DNA of 64,000 bases, from the NCBI GenBank assembly GCA_047495785.1, contig JBLDXI010000032.1, positions 868,001 to 932,000 on the forward strand, in the 5' to 3' direction. A program made the translations under genes and the position numbers. This document shows, piece by piece, positions 1-12,292 of the stretch (its first letter is position 1; the number at the start of each line of letters is the position of its first letter). Below the pieces are notes generated by a model, which saw only the letters and a list, made by a program, of their open reading frames with translations, searched no databases and was not told the DNA's origin. The DNA is from Lepidodermella squamata. Its lineage: Eukaryota > Animalia > Gastrotricha.

Positions 1-2955
1 AGCAATGATGAACAAGTGATGGAACGGTGCATATCTGACAAGCCAACTTCGGTTATCCTTGCTCGTGGCATCACTGAGTACATGACTGAACCAATTGTAA
101 GTGCCAAACAGCGGTTTAACTGTTTCTTGGCACCCGGATCGTATAATAACATAAAACTTGATGCGTCTGATTAACTAACTGAATTTCCCAAACTGTTACC
201 CGCCTTACAGCTTCGTGACGCCATCATTTCGTCTGGATACTATCCACGGGACATTCACGTTGCCCGACGGAGAACAGGTATGAATGCGAACGCTCTTCAA
301 GTGATCCTTCGATTTTACCCCTTGTTGAAAATGCGCAAGGCGAAGTACGCGGTTGGGCGTTTGTTGAGTTCTACAATGAAGACGACGGGCGATCATGGCT
401 AGAAGCTCATCAGGTAAAGTTTTTTCCTCGTATCGTGAACTTCATATAGTTGGTTTTTTTCCAGGGAACGTTCTACTTGAAAGAAATGAACGAAGATCGA
501 TTGAGTCTGCTGTATTGCAATCCATCAGAATCACCTTTTACTGGCGAAGCTGCCCCTGAAACGCGATCGAGCGATTGGAATTGCGCTAGGGTATATCAAT
601 TTGAGATTCTTAGCTTGCGTGGCTTGTTGCTTTGCAAATGATGACAGTGGCTATGCTAATACTGAGTTGGCATTTTTGCTGACAATGAGTTCAACCTTCT
701 CACACACTGATTGTAGCTGATGATGAATTTATTGATAATTGTATGTCACATTGGCTATAACAAATTTGCTCTACCCACAGTGCAACAAGTTCAATACATG
801 GCGCGATCAAGGTATTTGCTACCGATGCGGATCCCGGCGTGACGGCGGAACTGGAGCGCCATCTCGACCTGTTGAAAAGCCGACTTTTGATCGAATCGGC
901 CGATCCCCATGCAACAGTATGATTAAATCTCGGCATTTGATTAAAAATTGAAAATTGAAAATACCCACCTCCACGCAAATTTGCAGCAATTTTGATCCGT
1001 GAACTGGATACGAACACCATATCTGAACGTGCAATTAAAGCGGCGTTATACGAGCAAGTGCGAATTCCATCTTCGTCGATTCGCAGCTGTTTCATCATGC
1101 GAAATCCGCCGATTACTGACATGACGAAATCAGCAGATGCTTGTTACGCCTTTATCGAACTATCCTCAACCCACGAAGCAACTCAACTAGTCGATCGCTT
1201 GTCGTCAAAGTCGCTGATAATGGAAGGGAAACCGGTATAACTTCGACGAATTGAAGTTTTTATGCAGTAATTTATTGGTTTCAGGTGCCTGTTTCATTTG
1301 CCCGGTACCCTTTTACGACGATTATGGCTCATATTCATCAGTGGCTAGCCTCGGCTAGTGAAGCCGCCCAGCAACAGGCGAGTTCTTACGCGCCAACACA
1401 GGCCGATGTTACAAACGCGGCTGCAGCTGTTGCGATGAATGCGATGCAAGCCAGGCAGCAGGCTGAGCAAGAACGAGCTAAACGTCGAGCTCGCAGGCAA
1501 GAAAGAGACGACAGACGCCGCGATCGCGGTCGGTCTTCATCCGGGTCTGACTATTCATCCCGGTCTAATTCACCCCTCGCTGCTAGTGGTGGTGGCGGCG
1601 GCTTGGCTGAGGCAGCTGCTGCAGCAATTAGCCAACAATTCGGCGGTGGCCCGGCGAATGGTTCTTTCATCTATGACCAAAATAGCGGCTATTACTACGA
1701 CGCGTCTACCGGGTCGTATTTCGACCCTAAAACCCGTTATTTCTACTCACCTGGTCTAGCGAAATGGCTGATGTGGGACGCTAATTCGAACCAGTACGTG
1801 CCTGTCCCGTCTCAAGCAGAAACTGCTGTTGATAATTCAGCTGCTTTATCAGAAGAGGCGAGGAAAGAGAAGGAAAAGCGTGATAAGGCGAAGGAGGCGC
1901 GGCGGGTTCAAAAGGAGATGGAAAAATGGGCGGCGAATCAGTCGACCCCCACCCCGGCTGCTGCATCATCATCGTCATCAGCAGCAGCCCCGTCAAAACC
2001 TGCTGCCAGTCAAAATTCCGCCTCGACAGCCGATGCCGCGTTTGATTTCATGAAAAACGCCCCGGCTAACTCAACCGGGGTCGATCAAGGCGCTGTTCTC
2101 GAGAGTTCAGTGACTGATTTGCTGTCTCTTCAGGACTGGCAAACTTACATTTGTAAACTCTGCTCTCGAAAGCTGGCGAATGAAGACCAGTTGCGTAAAC
2201 ACTGCGTTCAATCTGAGCTTCACAGAACGAATGCGATGAAATGGTGTCAAGACCGCGGTTTAAATTCGCCCATGGCCGGGGTTGTGATTGATACAGTCGC
2301 TAAGGCGCTGGCTGAAACCGGGGCCGAACCGACCCCTGCGCCAGTTTCTACCCCTACTGTCGCTCCTGTGGTCGAACCACCTCTTGTCTACCGCGATCGG
2401 GCTAAAGAACGGCGTGATAAATTCCATCAGCCTGATCATCCAGTTGCTTCGTCTTCGTATAAAAACGACTACCCGTCATCGTCCTCTTCATCTCGGCGGT
2501 CGTATGATAACAGCCGGCGTGAACCCCCTGTTCCGAGCCAAGCAGTTTCGGTCGACCAACCGGTTGGCGGCATCGGACAGAAACTCATCGCTAAAATGGG
2601 CTGGCAAGGTAAAAAAAACGAAAATTCCTCCTTAAAATTCACTTTTTCAATCCGACGATCCATACACTAATAATACTGAGAATTTGCAGCCTTTCGTGAA
2701 TCAGATAAGATGAATTAGTTAGATCTGTGAACTTTTATTCGACCCTGTGAGTTGAAATCTAATTTGCATGTGTTTTTTCAAGGTGGAGGTTTGGGTAAAA
2801 ACGAGCAAGGCCGAGTGGATCCGATCGAAGCTGAACGACGCCAGTCTCGCGTCGGTCTCGGCACTTCTGGCGCAAGTTCGCGGGCAACTGAACAGTTGGA
2901 CTACCGCGAGGCAGCGAAACGAACTCTGTTCTCGCGATTTCACGAACTTCGATAA
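1..2955 (+). CDS. RBM5: RNA-binding protein 5/10-like splicing factor (5'-partial, multi-exon)
   Basis: Spliced reading gives RRM1 (exons 1-96, 211-277, 340-413, with GEVRGWAFVEF RNP1), a RanBP2 zinc finger (DWNCAR|CNKFNTWRDQGICYRC), RRM2 (ACYAFIEL), an OCRE domain (YDQNSGYYYDASTGSYFDPKTRYFY), a C2H2 finger (ICKLCSRK...KHCVQSELH) and a G-patch (IGQKLIAKMGWQG|GGLGKNEQG, intron 2609-2782). This is the RBM5/6/10 domain order. Stop at 2953-2955. Confidence 0.92.
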
Positions 2956-3210
2956 ACTTATTCTGGTTATGTGTTTTTGGCTGGTTTCTGTGTATAATCT
3001 GATGTGAAGTCGCTCTCTTGCGTAGTTTCGATTTCAGTCGTCGTAATGAAACATAATTATATCAATAAAATAATTATTCGTATGCAAGCATTGTTGTTTT
3101 ATTCTCAAAGCGAGGAATACCAAAGTCGTACAGAAGTCATGCAGAAAAATAATAGACGAAGCAAGATCAATCAAGCGTTATTGCTGAAAATAGCGTATGA
3201 AATAGACGGA

Positions 3211-5100
3211 TTAGGCACGCAAATCCACAACTTGAACATGTATATTCGAGTCCCAGAACACGCTGTCTGAGTCGCATTCGTCGAAAAGTGGTTCCCCTGT
3301 AGTGGTGCCAGCGTGAGTATGGAAACCGGTTTGATTACAGGCCGATACCACGTCGAGACCAGGATCTGTCAGCCTGAAAGTTCTGGTGTCTTCATATTTG
3401 ACACTGCATACGACAGCAACCGATTCTGAACAGAAATAATGTTATCATAATAGATAAAACGCCTCAATGTTATTTTTACCTGGAAGAAGGTGCTGATAAC
3501 CTGCATGTGTATGCAAATCGACAGAGCTGAGGAAGCAAGTTTGGCTTGGATGAGTCTAAAAAAGTATCGCAATTAGCCAACAAGACTATGATATGAAACT
3601 AAATCCAATATTTTATAAAAGCTCAGCGATCAAAGTGCGAAAATCATTGGTAATGCAAGCTAAATGCGAGGACCGACTCGGCTAGATTCTTCCACCGCTT
3701 GCCTCAGATCTCAACGAGAATGCAGCGAGGCACTCAATCGGATACCTGAGCCATGACGATGGAAAAATTTCACCAAGCCGACCTGGCCAAATGGCTGAAC
3801 ATTTCAGACCTTTTACTTCTCATCATCGATAATGCAAAATGATAATAAGAAATCAATTAGAACATACATGAATCCAGCCGACAACAATGACGTTCAGCTG
3901 GTCGGTCATCGCGAATAATTTCTCCTCATCTTCAGTGGTACACGAATCAGGAGTGCCGTGTTGCGGGGGCAATAGAACGTGGGAAACGCGCAATTCGTTG
4001 GTTGTGCTACATGAGGCTGGGGCGCACAAAATTCCGCATGTCTCCGTATCGCGTGACGTGTTGTTCAACGCAAGCCGAAGAAAGGTTGACGCCAGATCAC
4101 CGGGTAATACAATCTTGCGAAGGGTGAACATGGAAGAATGGTGCCGAGCCATTGGTTTGGAAGCCCGATCAACAGCAGGTGTCGATGTCTGCTCGGCAAG
4201 AGTGGGCGAAGGGACTTTGTTAGAGCTATGATGGAGGACGGTGCGGCTAGGTTCCACTGGCTCCGGAGTAGATATTTGAGTCGGTGCGGCTAAATTAGTT
4301 GGTGCCGGCGCCGTGGGGCGATCCTGATGGGTAGATCTGGCCACTCGATGGTGAGCTTCGGCGCGATCTTTGTGCACAGCGTATTGTTCCTCTTGTTCAA
4401 TCTGCTGAGCTATTAACGCCAAGCTATTAAAGGCGAGAGAGCAATAAAAACGCTAACCTAATACTGCATCATCATGGTGCTGCCTATGCTTCTGCGCTAT
4501 ATGCATCTTTTGCATCTGCTCGGCACGCTCTCGTTCATTTCGCGCGGCGGCTTCAGCAGCCTGAAGAGTAAACAGAAACATAAACCAGATTTGAGTAAAA
4601 ATTACAAGTGTCACCTCTTCCGCTGCTCTTTGCTTTTCGTCATCCTCAAATTTTCTCAGCAGCATAGGTTTTAGCCTTTCCGCCTCGTCCAGACTGTACA
4701 TGATGCTCTACAAATTGACAATTGAGAGTCTTAACGGCTCACTTTTCATCAGTCATTGTGACTTTACCCTAATGATGGACTTCTGTTCGGCGGCAGTAAG
4801 CTCCTTAAAGCTCGCATGCGGTTTTACCTTATTCAGATACAGACTGAAATTCACATGAAAACATTCAATTAGCAGGGGCAATAATATATCAACTTACTTA
4901 GAAAACTTGACAAACATATAGAAGGCCTCGTCGATAGCACCGTTGTCGGCTTTGAATTTTGCGGTAGCTATCATGTGATCAGCAGATCGAACATATCGAG
5001 TAACTTTGTCTTTTGCATTGAAAAGCCTAACTCCGTCCGCAGAGGCTTCTTCCACAACCTTCCTCAAGCGATCCTGGGCGTTGCGTATTTCGCAAAACAT
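3211..5100 (-). CDS. STAMBP: STAM-binding protein / AMSH-like JAMM deubiquitinase (multi-exon)
   Basis: N-terminal MIT/USP8-dimer-like helices ([13 protein letters not shown]...EAFYMFVKF), then the MPN+ domain ETCGILCA...[14 protein letters not shown]...GWIH|[26 protein letters not shown]|SVAVVCS...GFHTH...VVDLRA*. JAMM HxHx7Sx2D is intact. Confidence 0.93.
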
Positions 5101-6247
5101 GAATAAGGGCAATGTTACCAAAAAATAAAGCCTTGCTGGTTTTGCTTGACAGAAAACGCGAGCTCACCAAAACGAAACGTGATTCATCAAAATTTTGCCC
5201 GCCCAAAGTCTGTCAATAACGGGAATACCGGGTAATTTTAATACTGAATTTGATATGAAAAAAATAGAAACTATTTATAGAAATGCATTTTACAAGTTAT
5301 GGTTTAAAACGTCGCCGCAGCTATCAGTTTATTTTTTCAAAGATTTTCGCATTCACTGTCTTTGATTCAATTGCATTGAAGTAACCAGAATTATATACTT
5401 CCAATTTACACTCACCTGATTGGCTTCATTCTTTGTTATGATTGATGGTGATGCTTTCAGTTGGCATTCGGTCACAAATCTCTGCTAACTTTAAGGTTTA
5501 AGGTTTACGATGCGGATTGGTGGGTAACCGACGGATCCCTTTTGGGACATGTAGGGTCGTTAATGGTTGACCCCGTTATTGTTGACAAAATCATGTTACA
5601 GCGATGATACTAGCGAGCATACTGATTGTCTTGCTGTGCAAAACTGTGCAAGAATAAAACTGATCCAAATTAGTCCGTCGCGAGCGATAACACGGTGGTG
5701 GCTGTGTGTCAACGGTAACACTTGGTGGCAGGATCGGCATGCTTTAACACATTCGACATCAAGAACAGTTGAACTCTTTGAACTCTCAATTTGACCATTC
5801 TGACACAAGTAAGGAGCCCCGCAGTTTGACAGGAGTAGAAAATTTCAAGTTTTGTCTATACTTTATGCGTTTTGTGCGTATAAAGATTGAGTTGACATGA
5901 AAAACTTAGAAACTTGAACTTTATTGACGTGAAATCCTTTTATGAACGCTTCGAAAATTTTGGAGATTTATATATTTTTCTTAGCACTTAATGCATTCAA
6001 TAAAGTGTAAAACTTTTGCCTTCAGCAAAAACAGGCGATTGCGCAAGTGTCCAAATTAGTACATCATTGGCTTTAAGCTAAGGTCTTCCATATAAATTAC
6101 GTCAAAAATTACGGTTGTTTTGCAATCTTGGGCCACCTAGCGCATAATTCCACGGAAATAGGAATGTGTGCCTCCATAAATCCCTAATTGTGTCTCATTA
6201 CAGCGGGGCACTTCGCATCACTTTAAATAAGTCTTGTCAGAAAACCG

Positions 6248-6250
<3 letters not shown>

Positions 6251-6284
<34 letters not shown>
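6251..6284. repeat. (CA)17 microsatellite ~100 bp upstream of the GPCR-like gene
   Basis: Perfect CA dinucleotide run visible in the sequence. Confidence 0.95.
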
Positions 6285-6286
<2 letters not shown>

Positions 6287-6384
6287 GCCTTATAGCCCAT
6301 AGTACTTGAACAATTTCACTTGTGATCTCAATTTCAGAAATAATAAATAATATCGCATATAAAATCTGAGTTCGGCTATTTGAA

Positions 6385-7747
6385 ATGGTTTACAAAACAG
6401 TTGCAGAGACAGTTACCCTGATTATAGCGATTATCGCCAATTCCTTCGCGATGGAAGGCGTACTCAACGGCAAAATACGTCAGCGAAACTACAGACGCTT
6501 TCTCGCTAGTCTACTAGCCACAGGAATATACATTTGCGGGATGAGGGCTATATCCTTGCTGAGAACAACTTCATTCTCGTTTTTCATGGTTGATTCAAAA
6601 ATCAACAAATGCGCACACAGGCTGGAACATAGCTTCGTTATGGCCGGCTCTCTTTCCTTTCTCCTCAATCTCTGCGGCATGTATTTCGACCACTTCCTAT
6701 GCATCGCAAGCTTATTAATCTTGCGATTCTCAACAGTTTAATAATTTTCTATTTCACCAGGTTCATCCCCATAAATATAAGCTTATTATGAATTTCTTCT
6801 GGATAAAAAAGGCTCCCTTTCTGATAGCGTTGGGAGTCACATTAACAGGTAAGTGTCTTAATATTTGGTCAAGGGTTAGCTAAATCCTGACAATAGCCAT
6901 GCTTGATTACGCAATATTCACCGTCATAATTCCTAAAGCCAAAGTTGAATTTGCCCTGCCTGGTATCCCGATATCGATGGCGATTGCGTACTTGAACTGT
7001 GACGAGTCAGCTTTGGAGATGGACGGAGCTCAACTACAGCAACCCCAATCTATTTCGAAAAGTATCAACCACGGAGTTTTCCTCGTCGATCTCAACAGCG
7101 CCTCGTCTTTTCACGGAATTTTTAACATGACTGATTCTTGCCAGCTGAATATTTCCGCCGATGCTTTGTTAGAAATTTACCTGACTGCTTTGACGGATGA
7201 AAAATCTGGTTCGAGTATTAGCAACTGGAATTGGTGCTCCAGCTTTTCCCATATTCTCTACGAACACTCGCTTGAATTTCTTGATATGACTGTCACGTTG
7301 TTAGTCATGACGTTCATCGCTATTTGCCACTACTGCTTTCGTCGAGTTATCAAGCGGTCAAGTGGACGGACTAAAGAAAAAGTGGCTGAATTAAACAAAA
7401 CTACATCAATTTTGCTAATTACTTTCACCGTTGGCTGGGTACCATTTTATATTCACGAAATAATTATGACCTATCTAGTGCAAAACATCGCCTCAATGGA
7501 TGGTACGGGGCAGTTTATTAACACATATGCTATGACACTTCAAGATCTGTTGTACACCTTCTTCTTGTCGACCCCTGTCGTTATTCCGGTGATTTACGTT
7601 GCAAGAGTAAGAGCTGTTTCCCGATATTTGTCGGGAAAATATTCGTTTCTATGGTGTCGGCACGCTACTGCTGATGGGTTGTCTACGCCGGTATCATCTT
7701 CACTCGCAATCCCGTTACAAATTACAACAAGCAGCGGATTAGCTTGA
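6385..7747 (+). CDS. Divergent rhodopsin-family (class A-like) 7TM receptor; exons ~6385-6705, 6761-6848, 6897-7747
   Basis: TM1 IIAIIANS (GN-like), a Cys before TM3, a DRY-equivalent DHFLCI|VHPHKY, TM6 FTVGWVPF (CWxP-like) and TM7 VIPVIY (NPxxY-like). Seven hydrophobic segments after splicing; first intron needs a GC donor. Confidence 0.75.
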
Positions 7748-7879
7748 TAGAGCATCGCTCCAATCAGCATCTGGAATTGTCGACAGCTATAGTTACAATT
7801 GATTTTGCGATGATAAACAGTGATAGTGCTTGGTACAGATAATGAATGACTTTAAAGTATGCCCTTGATTTTTGCTGCT

Positions 7880-8390
7880 CGTACACATGGGTTAGTAATT
7901 AAACAGCTGATATTGGCATTTTCAGAGCTCAGAGCCCCACCTTTTCATACCATGCCGCTATTTCCTAAGCCACGTTCGCCGACATTCGGACAGTTGAAGG
8001 GTTTCGCAGAGCCCGAAGCTGAGCCAGAATTGACGGAACTAAAGTCAGCATGCGCGCTGTCATCCAATCGCCTGTCGTTGCGTGCATTCGCATATCACGG
8101 GCTGACCAATCGCATCCAAGAGCCAGTTTTTGCTGGGGACCCCTAGCAAACTAATAATTAACACTCCTGAAGAGTCAAGTTGGGCTAATTTAGACGCTCT
8201 AAGTGATCCCGGTGGTCGCCAAACGAGGTGGTCAAAAATGAAATACAAAAATGCGTTGGGAAGCGTTAACAAGAGAAGTATGTTTCAATTTGGGACACAA
8301 TTGAAGAGACTGCTCGTGATCGGACTAACTGGAGGGCCTTCATTTCGAACTTCTGTCCTTCCGGTTGCTGGGAACTGAATCTACTGGACT
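7880..8390 (+). mobile_element. Degraded 3' end of a non-LTR retrotransposon (RTE-like LINE ORF2 tail)
   Basis: Frameshifted pieces RLSLRAFAYH, PGGRQTRW and WDTIEETARDRTNWRAFISNFCPSG resemble the conserved RTE C-terminal motifs (RL.W.GH, GRP..RW, A.DR..WR.....C). Confidence 0.55.
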
Positions 8391-9481
8391 TCTTGTTCTC
8401 GCCGTCGTTCAAACTCAAGTAGGTACGCCTCGCCAACCCTAACAAATAAAAACAAATGGTACTTGTAATCCCGAAATAATCTTAAATTTTCATCTCATAG
8501 GAGAACACATGGGTGTGCTGTTTCTCAAAGCCGAAAATTTGTCGTCGTTTCCGATGTCATTTTTGCGACGTAATTACCTACTGGGTTAGACTTTTTGCCA
8601 GATTTTTACGAATCAGATTACATTTGAGGGTGATTACATATGAAACGGACGAAACACACTTAGCTGTATATGTGCGTGAAATTTAGCAGAGGACATTGGA
8701 CAATAAGTCGTCTTCGAATTAGCGCAAAACAGACGTTGATTCAAGTATTTAAGTAATCAATTGTCGTTCCGACAGATATGGTAGCATCGGACGAAGCGTT
8801 TGGACTCGGTAAAATTCGAAACTTCATTTGATGTGTGATGTAGCAAGAATGTAGCAGCGCCGAGCCCTTCAATAGACCGATGTTGCTTTTCCATAATTTA
8901 TTGTGAAATTTATTCAGGCGAAGCCACAAACGCAGGATTCAGGCCGAATCCTAGCAACAACAAGCAAAAAAGTCCAACAAGGCGTATGTAACTGTAAGAT
9001 AATAGCGCCTTTATTGTTTTTGATTGCGGCAGCCGTGTGCGAACTTTCAATCACTATTTTAAGGTTATCTATTATTTCGATATTGATAAAAGGCATATGT
9101 GAGAAATCGACTGGCTCACCTCCATAATTTGAATTCAAACATCATCAAAATTCATGTGTAAAACGAGTGCAAATGTCAAGGCTGATGATTAACTTCTGAA
9201 CATTAATTACCATGCTGAAATTCTCGTAATGACGGAGGGATAATATACTTCACGGTTTCATCAAACAGTAAAAAATATAAATAAAAAATCTGCCAATTTA
9301 AAAAAGGACGCTTGAGTCTCGTGCTGTCCCCGCGCGACGTTGAATTTCCCCGGTTATCTGATGTTATTGGGGCACACGCGATCTCAAGCTTCAGGCACGT
9401 GCCTCCTCTTGAATTTTCGTGCGCCATCAATCTAAAATTTCAGTAATTTCGAGCTGAAAAAAAATATTTCAAAGCCATAAT

Positions 9482-12116
9482 ATGAATTTGCCACAACAGG
9501 CTCTATGCTTGTGTGCTATTTATAATCTGCTATCTTACTACATTGTTTCATCGCAACGGGTGAGTAAAGGTAGCCCGGCGGAGGAGAACTCGAAATGGCG
9601 AAACGAGAATACATTTTTCACGCCTCCGCCCTGGCTAACAACAACGAAGAAGCATTATTTAAACATCAGAAATCAAGCCGATTCATCTGTCTACGACGTT
9701 TACCTACTCGTTGATCAGTACGGCTTTGCGAAAAGTGAACGCCACGCCTTGGGAAAATTCGTCGCGAAATTAGCCGATGACCTGGCGAGTGACGGCGCCC
9801 AGGTTGGGCTGTCGATTAACAGCCGGTATTTTATTAAAGCCAGCGAAAATGTTACGACTCAAATCGCTGCCGAGAGGAACATTCCACGAATTTACGCCTC
9901 GGTCGACCGGCTTGTCGAATATTTGTCCCTTGGACGAGACAAATCTACAGTTCCAGCTGCGATCGAATTTTTGGTTAGCCCTTATTTAAAAAAATTGAAA
10001 TTAATTTTTTTTAATTGAAAAATTAAAATTAAAATTAATTAAAATTAAATTAAAAAATTTTAAATTTAAAAGAAATTGAATGTTGAAAAATTAAAAAAAG
10101 TTAAATTCATTTTATTAAATCGTTTGAATTTTTTCTCCAATTCCAATTTTTTGTAGACTAGTGGACTAATGAGAGAGGAAAGGAATGAAAGCAGCAAGCT
10201 TATTGTTGTTCTAATAACCGCGATGCCGCTGTCTACCGAAGACGACTTGAACGATTTCTCATTTTCGGAAACTCTCGAGGTTTTGAAAGATCGATTCTCG
10301 GCGAAAATCGTCGTGTTAGCTGTTGGTCAAAAGCCGATTTTGGACCAGTACGACGATCTCGTCGATGCGCCGTGTTTAGTCATGCATTACGACAGTGCGG
10401 CTCGGCTGCTGGATCACACGCCGGTCGATGGCGCTGGCCATCTGTTGGGCGGTGTTGTTCACCTGTTGCTGGCGAATTTCGACCAGTCGAGCGATGATTT
10501 TTCGTCGATTTGCGTCGAATTAGCTTCGCTGGTTCGCTTTGATCCGTCTGCGGCTGGGCGTTTCAACTTGGCCGATGCAATTTACGCTCCTCCAACGACT
10601 ACTACGTAAGATTCTCACTGAAATTTGTCGAAATAATTTCAATTTCGGCTTTTCATTTTTTCATCATTAATAATACCCCTCATGGCCCTGGAATTTTCTA
10701 TCTTAGCTACATGGTACCATTAGCCAGCTAGACAACTTATCAATATTGGTTTCCAAGACTTCTAGTATTGAAAAAATCACTGATTTTTAAAATCGATAAT
10801 TGGAATAGATATTTTGGTGGGAGCTTCAAATTTATTGCTGGAACCTAATTTTAGGGTGTCCCATTCGGCGCTTCCTTAGCTTATATTCGAAATTAACATT
10901 CTCATGTGCTAAAATCTCAGGATCTTTAGTCCGAGATGTGTTAGCTACCTTTTTCAAATTTCGGATTCAAATTCATATTTTTCAAATTTTAATACAATTT
11001 AGTCATGAACTAAATGGGACAATTTTAATAGATTTGTGTGTGGTGACTTGAACTTGAAAGATTTAGACATTTTTTTCATGAAATTGGTAATTATTAATGT
11101 TTTAGTACGACCACTACGACTACGACAACGACCACTACTACGACTACAACAACCACTACCCCAACAACTACTACGCCAACTACAACTACAACATCGACGA
11201 CCACCCCTACTACGACCACAAGGACTACAACCACCCCTACTACAACGACCAAGACTACTACTACCCCGATTACAACTAGTACTTCGACCACAACTCCGAC
11301 GACCACAACTAGGACAACAACAACACCTACGACAACATCGACTTCAACCTCAACTAGCACCAGTACCAGCACTACGACATCGACGCCTTCAACTTCAACA
11401 ACAAGTATAAAATTGATATTTTTATCAATAATTTTTGAATTTTTTATATAATTTTGATTCACTATATTAATTTCGCATTCCAAATTTTGAATATTGCGTT
11501 AACTACAAAATATATTTCGAGAGAATTTTCGACGGTTTTTTTATTGAAAATTCAAATTCAAATTCAAAATAAATTCCGATAAATTTCTGCGGATTTAAAA
11601 AGTGAAATTTTGAAATTTACAATTTACTGTTTTAATTGCTAAATTTCGATTTTTTTTCTTTAAGCAAATGCAACGATTTACGACGATGAAGATGATATTC
11701 CGGTTGAAGACGAAGTGACACGTTTCCTGGAAACCGCAACGCACAACGTTCATTTCCGGCGCAACTTCGACACCACCCTGCTATGTTACCAATGCACCGA
11801 CTGCGAACAAGCGCCACCAAGCACGGACACGGCCGTGAAATGCGGTCACGGCCTCAACGACCCGTTCACGCATTGCTACGTGCAGCGGCGGGGTGACAAG
11901 TACGAACGCGGCTGCAATCATCGCGCCAATTTCGAGTGCGTCTCCTTCGATACGGGTGCCTTCGCGCAGTACTGCTGCAACACGCACAGCCTATGCAACG
12001 GCATTCTACCGGCTCCTGACGTCCGAATCCCGGCTAAATCGTCGAAATCTTCGCCAATCAAATTTAACCTATTAACCACCCTGGTCGCATTTCTATTGTA
12101 TTTATCATTCATTTGA
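9482..12116 (+). CDS. Secreted/GPI-type protein: VWA-like domain + Thr-rich mucin stalk + Ly6/uPAR (LU) three-finger domain; exons 9482-9973, 10157-10605, 11106-11404, 11665-12116
   Basis: Hydrophobic N-terminus; Rossmann-like strands YDVYLLVD, AQVGLSIN, KLIVVLIT, KIVVLAVG; a phase-consistent Thr-rich exon; LU pattern LLCYQCTDC...C...CY...RGC...C...YCCNTHSLCN; hydrophobic C-terminal tail LLTTLVAFLLYLSFI*. Confidence 0.8.
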
Positions 12117-12292
12117 GAAGAACTGGGAAAATTGACCTAGTTTCGGACAACTGGGTGGATCAGCGATTGTTTAGAAAAACTTCGGCAGCATTTCTGTTAA
12201 CTTATTTATCTTTTAACCCGAGCTCATATTATATGTTCATCGTTGTCCCAATAAAAAAACGAATGTGGTTTGTAAAAACATCGATTTTTATT

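Noticed and set aside
8741-9138. Short minus-strand ORFs between the GPCR and the VWA-LU gene
   Set aside because: No motif, no convincing splice chain.
11036-11483. ORFs reading poly-V (minus) and RPLLRLQ (plus)
   Set aside because: Shadow frames of the Thr-rich exon 11106-11404.
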